A stretch of DNA of 64,000 nt from Lachnospiraceae bacterium (GTDB lineage Bacteria > Bacillota > Clostridia > Lachnospirales > Lachnospiraceae), in NCBI GenBank assembly GCA_045125245.1, contig JBGVNF010000118.1, forward strand, positions 2,378 through 66,377, given 5' to 3'. Position 1 is the stretch's first letter. The number at the start of each line of letters is the position of its first letter. Positions 39,894 through 49,315 of the stretch are shown here, one piece after another. The notes under the pieces were generated by a model. It saw only the letters and a list, made by a program, of their open reading frames with translations, made no database searches and was not told the DNA's origin. Position numbers and translations under genes: made by a program.

Positions 39894-39981
39894 AGAAATT
39901 AAATAGTATTTTTTATAATTAAGATATATAATGAACATAATACTCTGAACTAATTTAATGCAAAAGAAAAGGAGATTTATT

Positions 39982-41670
39982 ATGCGCAAGAGAAAAATAT
40001 TTAGCAAAAGTAAATATATTTTATTTTCTGTATTAATGTGCTCTACATTATTTATAGGTTGCGAGAAAAAGGATACAAATAATGTTACAAAAACAAAGGA
40101 AGACATTATTATTTTATATACCAGTGATGTTCATTGCGGCATAGAAGAAGATATCGGATATGCAGGCCTTGCTTCATATAAAGAAGCAGTGATGGAAAAA
40201 ACACCATATGTAACACTTGTAGATTGTGGTGATGCCATACAAGGTGAATATATAGGTATGGCTTCTAGCGGTGAGTATATGGTCGATATAATGAATGAGG
40301 TTGGATATGACTTTGCCATTCTTGGAAATCATGAATTTGATTATGGAATGGGGCAGTTGGAAAAATTGATTAGCAAATCAAATGCACAGTATTTAAGCTG
40401 TAATATTACGTATACAGGGAAAAATGAGAATGCATTGACACAGGTAAAGCCATATGAAATCGTTGAATATGGTGATACTAAGATTGCATATATAGGTATT
40501 GCTACACCAGAAACAACTACAAAGACCACACCAACATATTTTATGGAGGATGGAGAATTTGTTTATGATTTTGCTGGAGGCAGCGGTGAAGAATTTTATG
40601 GTGTGATTCAAAAATATATAGATGAATGTAAGAAAAATGAAGCGGATTACATAATACTTCTTTCTCATTTAGGTGATGCTCCTGAGTCGGCACCATTTAA
40701 CAGCACAGAATTGATAGGGGCTGTGGAAGGCGTGGACGTGTTGCTTGATGCTCATTCACACAGTACAGTCTCTTGCAGAGTGCTAAAGGACAAGGCAGGG
40801 GAAGAGGTACTTGTAAGTTCTACGGGAACAAAATTAAATAATATTGGACAAGTAGTTATTACTTGTGATGGAAATATTTCAACAGGTCTTATCGATTTTT
40901 ATGATGCAAAAGATGAAGAGATTGGTAAATTTATTGGCGATATAAAATCTGAATATGAAGAAGAGATGGAAAAGAAGGTTGCCTACAGTGATATTTCATT
41001 GAAATGTGCTAATGAAGATGGCATACGACTTGTGCGTAACAGGGAAACTGCAATAGGAAATTTCTGCGCCGATGCATATCGCGTAGTTGCAGGTGCTGAT
41101 ATAGGTATGGTAAATGGTGGCGGCGTGCGTGCTGATCTTCTAGAAGGAGATATTACATATGCAGATTTAACAGCAGTTCATCCTTTTGGAAATACATTAT
41201 GCATGGCTAAAGTATCAGGACAAGAAATTGCAGATATTTTGGAGATTGGCGCAGTAAACACTATGAATGTAGAAGTTAAGGATGACCAGGCAGCTGGTGA
41301 AAACGGCAGCTTTATGAGTGTATCAGGTCTTAAATATACTGTGGATACTTCGGTGGAATCTTCAGTTATATTTGATGAAAATGGAATGTTTATAGAAGTA
41401 AAAGGTGACCGTCGAGTAAAGGACATTATGATTATGAACGACGAGGGTGAATATGAACCTATTGATTTAAAGGGTGAGTATACTTTGGCATCACATAATT
41501 ATTTATTAAAGGAGCAAGGTTCGGGAGCAACCTTCTTTGATGATAATGAATTTATCATTGATGAAGGAATGACAGATTATCAGATGCTTATATTATATCT
41601 TACAGAATATTTAAATGGAGATTTAGCTAGTAAATATTCAGATGTAGAAGGTAGAATAACAATAGAATAA
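39982..41670 (+). CDS. lipoprotein, bifunctional metallophosphatase/5'-nucleotidase
   Basis: Lipobox LFIGC; calcineurin-like motifs (YTSDVHCG, DCGDAIQG, GNHEFD, LSHLG) and C-terminal 5'-nucleotidase domain; ATG 39982 follows AAGGAGA. Confidence 0.88.
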   Translation: MRKRKIFSKSKYILFSVLMCSTLFIGCEKKDTNNVTKTKEDIIILYTSDVHCGIEEDIGYAGLASYKEAVMEKTPYVTLVDCGDAIQGEYIGMASSGEYMVDIMNEVGYDFAILGNHEFDYGMGQLEKLISKSNAQYLSCNITYTGKNENALTQVKPYEIVEYGDTKIAYIGIATPETTTKTTPTYFMEDGEFVYDFAGGSGEEFYGVIQKYIDECKKNEADYIILLSHLGDAPESAPFNSTELIGAVEGVDVLLDAHSHSTVSCRVLKDKAGEEVLVSSTGTKLNNIGQVVITCDGNISTGLIDFYDAKDEEIGKFIGDIKSEYEEEMEKKVAYSDISLKCANEDGIRLVRNRETAIGNFCADAYRVVAGADIGMVNGGGVRADLLEGDITYADLTAVHPFGNTLCMAKVSGQEIADILEIGAVNTMNVEVKDDQAAGENGSFMSVSGLKYTVDTSVESSVIFDENGMFIEVKGDRRVKDIMIMNDEGEYEPIDLKGEYTLASHNYLLKEQGSGATFFDDNEFIIDEGMTDYQMLILYLTEYLNGDLASKYSDVEGRITIE

Positions 41671-41771
41671 AAACAAGTCTCGCTTGATGAAATTAATTGA
41701 CTAAAGAAGCAGAAGTTGGTACTATAATATCAAGTTGAATATGTGGAGAGAGCTGAATATGGAGGTTAATT

Positions 41772-43202
41772 ATGAGAAGACAGTTTTGCAAAAGATTAGT
41801 CTGCTTATTTGTTGCATCTATTTTTATGCTTACAAATCTAGTAGGTTGCAGTAAAGGTAAGGATATTCCAACAAGTGAGACGGCGTCAGAAGTATCTGGA
41901 GAAACAACAGATTTATCTGTGGATGATTTGTCTAATACAACTCAAAAAACAGATGTAGAAACAAAAACGGAACAAGCTTCATCAGAGGAAGAGACGACTT
42001 TAGAAAAATCTGATGAGACATCGAAAAGTGAATCAGAGAATGCTACATCTACAGAAGGGGCGAATAAGGAAACAACATCAAAAGTTATAGAGACAACGAA
42101 GAAACAAGAACAGACAACAAAAAAGCCAGTACAGACAACAAAAAAGCCTAATAATAAGACGACGGAAAAGACAACTGCTAAGCCAAAACCTGTGGAGCAG
42201 ACGACTACAGCGCCAAAGGTGTCAAAGGCAGAGCAGATGGCAAAAGACATAGTTGACGATATTATTACATCAAAGATGTCGGAGTTTGAGAAGGCTCTAA
42301 CGATTCATGATTGGTTAATATTTAATTTGGATTATGATTTTACATTTTCGAATTATTATGTAGAGGAAACGCTCACAGATAGAAAATGTGTGTGTCAAGG
42401 GTATGCGTTGACATTTCAGTTGATGTGCAAGCTGGCTGGATTAGAATCTATTTTCGTATCTGGTACAGGCTATTCCTCAGGAGAATGGGGAGGGCACGCA
42501 TGGAATCAAGTTCGTATAGATGGGGTATGGTACAATGTAGATGTTACATGGGATGACCCGGCATCACCAGGAAAGGATTTTAACAATCATGCTGGTAACA
42601 GACATGATTATTTTCTAATATCCGATGCTAGAATTAATAAAGACCACAAGGCAACTTCTTCAGGCAGACAAAACTGTTCAAAAGATTATGATAGAGTTGC
42701 TATTGTAAAGGCAGCAACGAATAATGTATATCACAGTAACTGTGGATTTGCGACTAATGTCGAAGAAATGGCAGCGGCCATAAATAAATTAGTTGAAGCA
42801 AATAAGAGTGAAATATATATAAAATATTATGATCCAAAATTGACATTAGATAATATGTGGAATGGTATATGGGATAAGTTAAAGATGGCTAAATATCCAA
42901 TTGGCTCAGTATCTGCATATGCACCTGTTGATGGAATTGTTACATATGTGTTATCTGTTATACCATTGAAGGAGTGGAATAAGATAACTGTAATTACAAG
43001 TGAACAACAATTAAATGAACTTATGGATACCACATATAATAGTGGAAAGACGACACTTACTGTTCGATATGAACCAGTGGATGGAGAAGTGTGGTTTGGT
43101 TCAGAAAAATATATATTTAGTCAAAATGGCAGGGCGGAATATAATGGTGGTAAAGCTATCTATACCACTATTGAAATCATGGGTTTACAAACGATGCCTT
43201 AG
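41772..43202 (+). CDS. lipoprotein with T/K/E-rich low-complexity linker and transglutaminase-like (Cys-His-Asp) core
   Basis: Lipobox LVGC; linker with TTKKQEQTTKKPVQTTKKPNNKTT; core CVCQGYA...GHAWNQV...NVDVTWDD. Confidence 0.8.
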   Translation: MRRQFCKRLVCLFVASIFMLTNLVGCSKGKDIPTSETASEVSGETTDLSVDDLSNTTQKTDVETKTEQASSEEETTLEKSDETSKSESENATSTEGANKETTSKVIETTKKQEQTTKKPVQTTKKPNNKTTEKTTAKPKPVEQTTTAPKVSKAEQMAKDIVDDIITSKMSEFEKALTIHDWLIFNLDYDFTFSNYYVEETLTDRKCVCQGYALTFQLMCKLAGLESIFVSGTGYSSGEWGGHAWNQVRIDGVWYNVDVTWDDPASPGKDFNNHAGNRHDYFLISDARINKDHKATSSGRQNCSKDYDRVAIVKAATNNVYHSNCGFATNVEEMAAAINKLVEANKSEIYIKYYDPKLTLDNMWNGIWDKLKMAKYPIGSVSAYAPVDGIVTYVLSVIPLKEWNKITVITSEQQLNELMDTTYNSGKTTLTVRYEPVDGEVWFGSEKYIFSQNGRAEYNGGKAIYTTIEIMGLQTMP

Positions 43203-43204
43203 AA

Positions 43205-44260
43205 TTATTTTTTCATTTTCCTTCGCATGTGATTTAGATGGCGTTCAAAATTACCGCTGGAAATAAATTCAGCGAGAATATACTGGTCCATAACAGGAAC
43301 AGAACAAGAAAGATTACCAAGAATCTGGTCATACTTTTCAAGTAATGCATCAGGCAATATCATATAGCCTATTCTCATAGCTGGGGATAGGCTTTTTGAA
43401 AATGTATTTATATATATAACGTGATTAAAATGGTCTAATGAGTATAACGACTCAATAGGATGACCAGGTATGAAAAATTCACTGTCAAAGTCATCCTCTA
43501 TAATATAATTCTCTGTATTTTCAGCCCATTTTAAGTACTCGTAACGTTTTGAGATAGATGTGGTTACGCCAGAAGGATAGCTATGAAATGGTGTAACATG
43601 AAGTACATCAAATGTGGAATTGTTTAATGCTTGGGATGTAATGCCATTTGCGCCCATTTTAAGTGGACATACAGAAGCACCCATACCTTCATAAGCTAGA
43701 CGAATCTGGTCATAAGATGGGTTTTCTATACCGTATATTTTATCGCGACCAAGAATTTTGGCAGCAGTTTCATATAGCTGCTCTGCACCAGAACCTATGA
43801 CGATATTGTTAGGCTGAGCTATCATTCCACGATATCTATGTAAATAATCAGCGATAGCATTTCTAAGGATAGAGCATCCCTTGTTTGGTGCTTTAACAAA
43901 GAGCTTATCGCCATTATCAGATATAACTTTTCTTACAGTTTTAAACCATACAGAATATTCGAAGTCTTGGACAGTATATTCATCTGCCACAGGTAGATAA
44001 TTTATAGCCATAGTTTCATTTTGATTTTTAGGGGGAATATATCCTTTGATATCGCACACAAAATAACCAGAACGCTGCCTTGGAGCGATGTATCCTTCGT
44101 CTTCAAGCATAAAGTAAGCTCGTTCTATAGTGATAAGACTATAACCAGTTTTATCGGACATAATACGTTTTGAAGGAAGCTTAGTACCCGCCATAAATTC
44201 TCCGGTTAAAATCTTGTTTTTTACATCTTTATATAAATTATAATATTTCTTATCGCTCAT
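43205..44260 (-). CDS. pdxR: MocR/PdxR-type regulator (GntR wHTH fused to an aminotransferase-like domain)
   Basis: N-terminal LPSKRIMSDKTGYSLITIERAY wHTH; C-terminal fold-type-I PLP domain with lysine motif FSKSLSPAMRIGY; divergent from pdxK. ATG 44260 (MSDKKYY) preferred over 44308; the start is uncertain. Confidence 0.75.
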   Translation of the reverse strand: MSDKKYYNLYKDVKNKILTGEFMAGTKLPSKRIMSDKTGYSLITIERAYFMLEDEGYIAPRQRSGYFVCDIKGYIPPKNQNETMAINYLPVADEYTVQDFEYSVWFKTVRKVISDNGDKLFVKAPNKGCSILRNAIADYLHRYRGMIAQPNNIVIGSGAEQLYETAAKILGRDKIYGIENPSYDQIRLAYEGMGASVCPLKMGANGITSQALNNSTFDVLHVTPFHSYPSGVTTSISKRYEYLKWAENTENYIIEDDFDSEFFIPGHPIESLYSLDHFNHVIYINTFSKSLSPAMRIGYMILPDALLEKYDQILGNLSCSVPVMDQYILAEFISSGNFERHLNHMRRKMKK

Positions 44261-44353
44261 CTGGTTATAAAAAAATCTCCTTTTTTGATTATATACATAA
44301 TACCACATTGATATTATAATTATGAAAAAATAAAAAGTAAAGAGGAATTAATC

Positions 44354-45187
44354 ATGGCTTATCCAAAGATTTTAACAATACAAGATATATCGTGTATGGG
44401 ACAGTGCTCCTTGACAGTTGCATTGCCTATTATTTCCGCGTGTGGAGTGGAAACCTGTGTACTTCCATCAGCCGTATTATCAACGCATACAGGTGGATTT
44501 ACAGGCTTTACATTTAGAGATTTGACAGAGGATATGCCGTCTATAAATAATCATTGGCAGAAGGAAGGCATTAAGTTTGATGCGGTCTATACAGGATACC
44601 TTGGAAGTGCTAAGCAGATAGAGTACGTTAAGGAAATTGTGGTGACATCTAAAAAAGAGGCGGCTCCATTTATCGTGGATCCAGCTATGGCGGATAATGG
44701 AAAGTTATATGCAGGCTTTGATGATGCTTTCGTTCAGGAGATGAAGGAACTTTGTAGAGTTGCAGATTATGTACTTCCAAATATAACAGAAGCTTGTCTG
44801 CTTACAGACACAGAGTATAAGGAAGAGTATGACAGAGTTTATATTGATGACATTCTTGAGAAACTTTGTGCTTTAGGTTGTAAGAATATTATTATGACAG
44901 GTATTTCGTATAATGATAAGACTACAGGTGTCGTAATTATGGAAAATGGTGTCTATAATTATTATGAGCATATTAAGCTTCCTAGAATATGTCATGGAAC
45001 AGGTGATATATATGCGTCAACATTTGTAGGTGCGTTAATAAGAGGGAAGAGTGCATACGCCGCAGCGAAGCTGGCAGCAGATTACACATTAGAATGTGTA
45101 AAGGCGACAATGGAAGAAGAGGGACATTGGTACGGAGCAAAATTTGAGCCAGTGCTTCCATATTTAATTAATGAGATAAATAAGTAA
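44354..45187 (+). CDS. pdxK: pyridoxal/pyridoxamine kinase
   Basis: Ribokinase-fold PdxK-type sequence (ILTIQDISC.GQCSL.VALPI.SA.G, GTGDI.AS). Confidence 0.85.
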   Translation: MAYPKILTIQDISCMGQCSLTVALPIISACGVETCVLPSAVLSTHTGGFTGFTFRDLTEDMPSINNHWQKEGIKFDAVYTGYLGSAKQIEYVKEIVVTSKKEAAPFIVDPAMADNGKLYAGFDDAFVQEMKELCRVADYVLPNITEACLLTDTEYKEEYDRVYIDDILEKLCALGCKNIIMTGISYNDKTTGVVIMENGVYNYYEHIKLPRICHGTGDIYASTFVGALIRGKSAYAAAKLAADYTLECVKATMEEEGHWYGAKFEPVLPYLINEINK

Positions 45188-45240
45188 TCGAAATTAATAA
45201 AACTTTAACATTTCATAAATTAATCTTACTAATAATAACG

Positions 45241-45277
45241 GTTAAAAAACAGAGGTAAAATACCTCTGTTTTTTAAC
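45241..45277. terminator. bidirectional terminator
   Basis: GTTAAAAAACAGAGGTA / TACCTCTGTTTTTTAAC, perfect 17-bp arms between convergent genes. Confidence 0.85.
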
Positions 45278-45291
45278 GATAAAGCAATTTA

Positions 45292-46212
45292 TTATTGATC
45301 TTTTGAAATTTCTAATAAATTTGGAATAGATGCATTAAGAGGGGAAATAACGCTTTGTCCAATAGATTTTTCTAGTTCTTTACGTGCGTTGCCAGCAATG
45401 GTGCCACCTTCCATAACGGTGTCTTTTGTTTGCGAAAATCCTGTAGGATTTTTTGCTTTTGCAATAGCTGTGGCAGATACTTCTGCTAATTGATTCAGCG
45501 CCAACTCAATATTGGTCATGTTGTCACGAAGACTTTCTTTTTTTAATCCTTTGAATTGTTTATATTCTTTGATAGTTTTTCCAGACCATGTTTTTGTAAG
45601 TATATTTGTGAGGGTAGCGTATTCCTTAGGGTGTTTTACACCTGCACGGTCCCACTCGGCAGTTAATTGTTTGCGAACATCTATTGCCTGGAGTCTTTGT
45701 TCGATCCATTTTTCTGAATAGCCTTTTTCACGGTAAGTGTAAATTGCGCGTTCAAAGGCGAGCTCTGGATCTATTATTTCATCTAAACGTTCTTTTCCAA
45801 CTTGAGCAAGCCATTGCTTAAACGGTTCGGCTTTTTTTGAAGGAATGGACTGAATAATACGAAGAAGTTGTTCCGTATTAGCGCAATCAGTAACACGCAT
45901 CTTATCATCTGAGGCCTTCATTTTATATTTTTTCAAACCGTGACAATTTGTCACGGTTTCATTTCCCTCTGTTAATAGTCGTTGTTTTAATTTTCTCCAA
46001 TAAGATGTTGCATCAACAGAATCTGTCAGTACTTGGCATACATCAATGATTGAGAAATACCATTCTTCTTCTTTTGGATTCCAGAGTTTTCTAACAGCAT
46101 TATCATAAAAAAATTCAAGTTCCTGTTTGTTTTCGATGATTAATTCCTCTACAGGTACCGGAACTGAGTTGCCTGTTTCTTCATCGTAAATATAAAAAAA
46201 GAAATTATTCAC
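45292..46212 (-). CDS. BRO-N domain protein (DinD / antirepressor-like)
   Basis: BRO-N-like block VRKLWNPKEEEWYFSIIDVCQVLT; C-terminal region resembles DinD-type proteins. The GTG start abuts the GGAAGG RBS, so the exact start is uncertain. Confidence 0.65.
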   Translation of the reverse strand: MNNFFFYIYDEETGNSVPVPVEELIIENKQELEFFYDNAVRKLWNPKEEEWYFSIIDVCQVLTDSVDATSYWRKLKQRLLTEGNETVTNCHGLKKYKMKASDDKMRVTDCANTEQLLRIIQSIPSKKAEPFKQWLAQVGKERLDEIIDPELAFERAIYTYREKGYSEKWIEQRLQAIDVRKQLTAEWDRAGVKHPKEYATLTNILTKTWSGKTIKEYKQFKGLKKESLRDNMTNIELALNQLAEVSATAIAKAKNPTGFSQTKDTVMEGGTIAGNARKELEKSIGQSVISPLNASIPNLLEISKDQ

Positions 46213-46431
46213 CTTCCTTCAAAATATGTATGTAATAAATTGCTAAAACAATAAATATATTATAACATATTCCAAACATATGTTCAAGTGGATCGTTGTG
46301 ATTTTTAGAAAGTATTTAAGGATTTAGTAGTTCATTAACAAAACTTTAACAATTTAAAAACAACATATAAATAATTCCTTGTTATATTGATACTGTAAAA
46401 GAAAACAGGTTAATCTAAGGAGGAATTTTTT

Positions 46432-46800
46432 ATGAATAAGAACGATCAGCAGTTTATGGCACAGAAGATACGCACACAGTATATGGAGAAGGAAGAGAAG
46501 AGTACAGACCTTGATAAATTAAAAGAATTAGATAGAAAAGTTAAGCGTCCTGCAAATATTTTTGGATATACATTTGGAACTATCAGTGCTCTTATAATGG
46601 GTAGCGGAATGAGTCTTGTTATGACAGATATTGGAGAAAAGTTAGGACTTGGCGATATGATGGTACATGGAATTGTGATTGGGGTAATTGGGATGGGGAT
46701 TGTTGTAGTTGCGTATCCTGTATATACAAGAATTTTAAAGAAAGAAAGAGAAAAAATAGCACCGGAAATATTGAGATTAACGGAAGAGATTATGCATTAG
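46432..46800 (+). CDS. small two-TM membrane protein, hypothetical
   Basis: 122-aa ORF with AAGGAGG RBS; charged N-terminus and two hydrophobic helices. Confidence 0.6.
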   Translation: MNKNDQQFMAQKIRTQYMEKEEKSTDLDKLKELDRKVKRPANIFGYTFGTISALIMGSGMSLVMTDIGEKLGLGDMMVHGIVIGVIGMGIVVVAYPVYTRILKKEREKIAPEILRLTEEIMH

Positions 46801-46832
46801 CATAGAAATATAGATAACAGATATGGAAGAGA

Positions 46833-46864
46833 AAAGAGCTTATGCAATCTGGCATAAGCTCTTT
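46833..46864. terminator. bidirectional terminator
   Basis: AAAGAGCTTATGC / GCATAAGCTCTTT arms between convergent genes. Confidence 0.75.
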
Positions 46865-46887
46865 GTAATCTGATAATTAAAGCGATA

Positions 46888-47571
46888 CTATATCTTAAAA
46901 GCCTTATCTACCGGCACCGAACATACAACACCCTTTGCCTCAGAACGCAAGCCAAATTCCTTATTAACCTCTTCCATAATTTGGTTTCTAACAGTATCTG
47001 GTGCAAGGATTGCGATAATCTCCTTCTCATCCTGAATCTGAAGGTCTGCCATATCACTTGTTTTACTTGTGTCAGCTTTTCTGGCACGGATGATAGTTCC
47101 GCCAGTAGCACCAGCTTTTTTAGCTACACTCATAATCACGTCAGTGTAACCAGGATTAACATTTATAAATATTAAGCTATGTTGATATTCACTCTTCATT
47201 GCGTTTGAATCTCCTTTCAAATCAGTCTTGCCAGTTCTTTGTAAGATAACTTCAGCAGTAAGCTTACTCATAGCGGAGGTTGATAAAATCATAAGTAAAC
47301 CTCCAAAACCCATGCCAGTACCTAAGTCATTGGCTAATTCAGTAGCTAAGATTTCTACATTTTTTCTAGGTGCGTAGCTGATGACAATGTCCTTATCACT
47401 GCTACCAAGTCCTAAGATATCCATCATTTCAGAAGAAGCAGTACCGGCTCCCACTGCCTGCATATGAAGGAAAATGTCTTTATTGTTAAGCATATTCATA
47501 TAAGACTTTGCTTTGCCACGTTCGATAATGGATATAATAAGCATAATCTGTTCATCTTTTTTATAACTCAT
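46888..47571 (-). CDS. tandem P-II-like (GlnB-fold) signal protein
   Basis: Two units of about 100 aa each starting with a beta-strand (MLIISIIERGKA..., SLIFINVNPGYT...); second unit has KKAGATGGTIIRARKA resembling the P-II G..G.T motif. GAGGAGG RBS; start overlaps the upstream gene end by 11 nt. Confidence 0.5.
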   Translation of the reverse strand: MSYKKDEQIMLIISIIERGKAKSYMNMLNNKDIFLHMQAVGAGTASSEMMDILGLGSSDKDIVISYAPRKNVEILATELANDLGTGMGFGGLLMILSTSAMSKLTAEVILQRTGKTDLKGDSNAMKSEYQHSLIFINVNPGYTDVIMSVAKKAGATGGTIIRARKADTSKTSDMADLQIQDEKEIIAILAPDTVRNQIMEEVNKEFGLRSEAKGVVCSVPVDKAFKI

Positions 47572-49090
47572 TTACATTTTCCTCCTCTTCATCATAATAT
47601 ATAATGCAATCTTCTATCTGGCTGATTTCGAAATGAGCCTTCTCTATAAGTTTCTTTCTCTTTACATTGCCGTATAAGCCCATTACCTGAATTGTAATAA
47701 GAGGTGTCATAGCAACCATAGCAACAAGACCGAATGCATCATTTAAAATATTGCCACCGCAGGCTTCACATGCGCCTATTGCAAATGGAAGCATAAAGGT
47801 TGTGGTCATAGGTCCGCTGGCAACTCCACCGGAGTCGAAGGCGATACCAGTGTAGATAGCAGGTACGTAGAATGTAATAACTAGTGATATTAAATATCCA
47901 ATTATAAGGAATGGATAGATAGGAATGCCTGTCAAAACTCTAAGCATTGAGAGTCCAACAGATACGCCTACACCGATTGATAATGCGTATCCGATAGAAC
48001 GCTGTGAGATAGCACCGTTTGTTATCTCTTCAACCTGTTTCTTAAGTGTATGAACAGCAGGCTCCGCAGATACTACAAAGTATCCCATAACCATACCTAT
48101 TAAAATAAGCCAGTATTTATTTTCGCTGCTAGCGATTTTTGCACCAATCAAACGTCCAGCAGGCATAAAGCCTACGTTTGCACCTGTAAGGAAAAGTCCT
48201 ATATATGTATAGATTAAACCGACGCTGATTTTTATTACTTGATGCATATGGAAACGACGACAGAATAACTGGAATATAATAAATACGCCAACAATAGGTA
48301 GGAAAGCTATAAGGACTTCCTTGCCATATTCTGGTATCTCGTTTACAAAATGTATAAAAGCATCTTTAGTTGTCAAATAATGTCCAAGAACAGTTTCTGT
48401 TGTCTCAGGTTTTGGAGAAAAGCATATACTTAATATAAGCACAGCTAAAATTGGACCGATACTACATAAAGCTACGAGACCGAAGCTGTCTTCACCAGAA
48501 CGCTTGTCACTTCTTATGGAAGCCATACCTGCTCCTAATGCCATGATAAACGGAACTGTTATAGGACCAGTAGTTACACCGCCTGAATCAAATGCAGTAG
48601 GTATAAAATCCTTTGGTGCGAAAATGGCCAAAATCATCGCTCCAATATAGAAGAAAACTAATAGCTTGGAAAGTGGAATACCAAGCCTTGTTCTAAGCAT
48701 TGAAATGGCAAGAAATATTCCTACACCTGTAGCAACCGCAAGGATAAGTACCATATTTGGAATAGCAGGTACCTGATTGGCGAGCACCGTTAAGTCAGGC
48801 TCTGCGATGGTTATTAAAGCGCCTAATATAAGGCATATTGCTATTGGAATAATATATTTTTTCGATTTATTAATAGTAATACCGATACCTTCGCCAAGAG
48901 GCTGCATTGAAATAGTTGAACCTATAGTGAAAAGGCTCATGCCTACTATTAGCATAAGTGTACCGAATACAAATAAAACTAGAATGCCGGAGTCCATAGG
49001 TGCCAAAGTAACGCTTAAGAACAATACAATTGCAGCTATTGGCAATACAGAGCTCACAGATTCACCCATTGCTCCTCGTAAATGTTTCAC
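47561..49090 (-). CDS. internally duplicated polytopic membrane protein (DUF1538-like putative transporter)
   Basis: Two homologous halves, each with a GGV(T/A)(T/S)GP(I/M)T..F motif (DSGGVTTGPITVPF, DSGGVASGPMTTTF). GTG 49090 (MKHLRG) preferred over ATG 49129 because GGGAGA lies 6 nt upstream. Confidence 0.6.
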   Translation of the reverse strand: MKHLRGAMGESVSSVLPIAAIVLFLSVTLAPMDSGILVLFVFGTLMLIVGMSLFTIGSTISMQPLGEGIGITINKSKKYIIPIAICLILGALITIAEPDLTVLANQVPAIPNMVLILAVATGVGIFLAISMLRTRLGIPLSKLLVFFYIGAMILAIFAPKDFIPTAFDSGGVTTGPITVPFIMALGAGMASIRSDKRSGEDSFGLVALCSIGPILAVLILSICFSPKPETTETVLGHYLTTKDAFIHFVNEIPEYGKEVLIAFLPIVGVFIIFQLFCRRFHMHQVIKISVGLIYTYIGLFLTGANVGFMPAGRLIGAKIASSENKYWLILIGMVMGYFVVSAEPAVHTLKKQVEEITNGAISQRSIGYALSIGVGVSVGLSMLRVLTGIPIYPFLIIGYLISLVITFYVPAIYTGIAFDSGGVASGPMTTTFMLPFAIGACEACGGNILNDAFGLVAMVAMTPLITIQVMGLYGNVKRKKLIEKAHFEISQIEDCIIYYDEEEENVNEL

Positions 49091-49315
49091 ATTAAATCTC
49101 CCTTCTTTGTTTGTATTACAATATAGCATATAAATGTTTAAATGGTAAGACTTTTTAATAAGAAAGAAAATTTTCGTAAAATCTTCACAAAATGTTCATA
49201 GAATAATAAGGAAAGCATTTGACAAATGAGGTGGATTGGAACTAAAATGTTATCTAGCTGTATAAAAAAGCTATAAATACATAATAGATATATAAATATA
49301 TAAGGAGGAAATAGA

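Noticed and set aside
35216-41670. Anti-phage defence island (methyltransferases, PNP-family phosphorylase, MBL hydrolase, nuclease-like phosphatase)
   Set aside because: There are no restriction, helicase, ATPase, TIR, Sir2 or cyclase partner genes. The domains fit ordinary nucleoside salvage and small-molecule modification enzymes, and two of the products are lipoproteins.
41942-42250. 102-aa minus-strand ORF antisense to the lipoprotein linker
   Set aside because: It is an artefact of the low-complexity, stop-poor repeat region of the + strand gene.
45292-46800. Prophage or integrated element inferred from the BRO-N gene
   Set aside because: There are no integrase, capsid, terminase or repressor genes and no att-like repeats nearby. 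A single BRO-N gene is not sufficient evidence.
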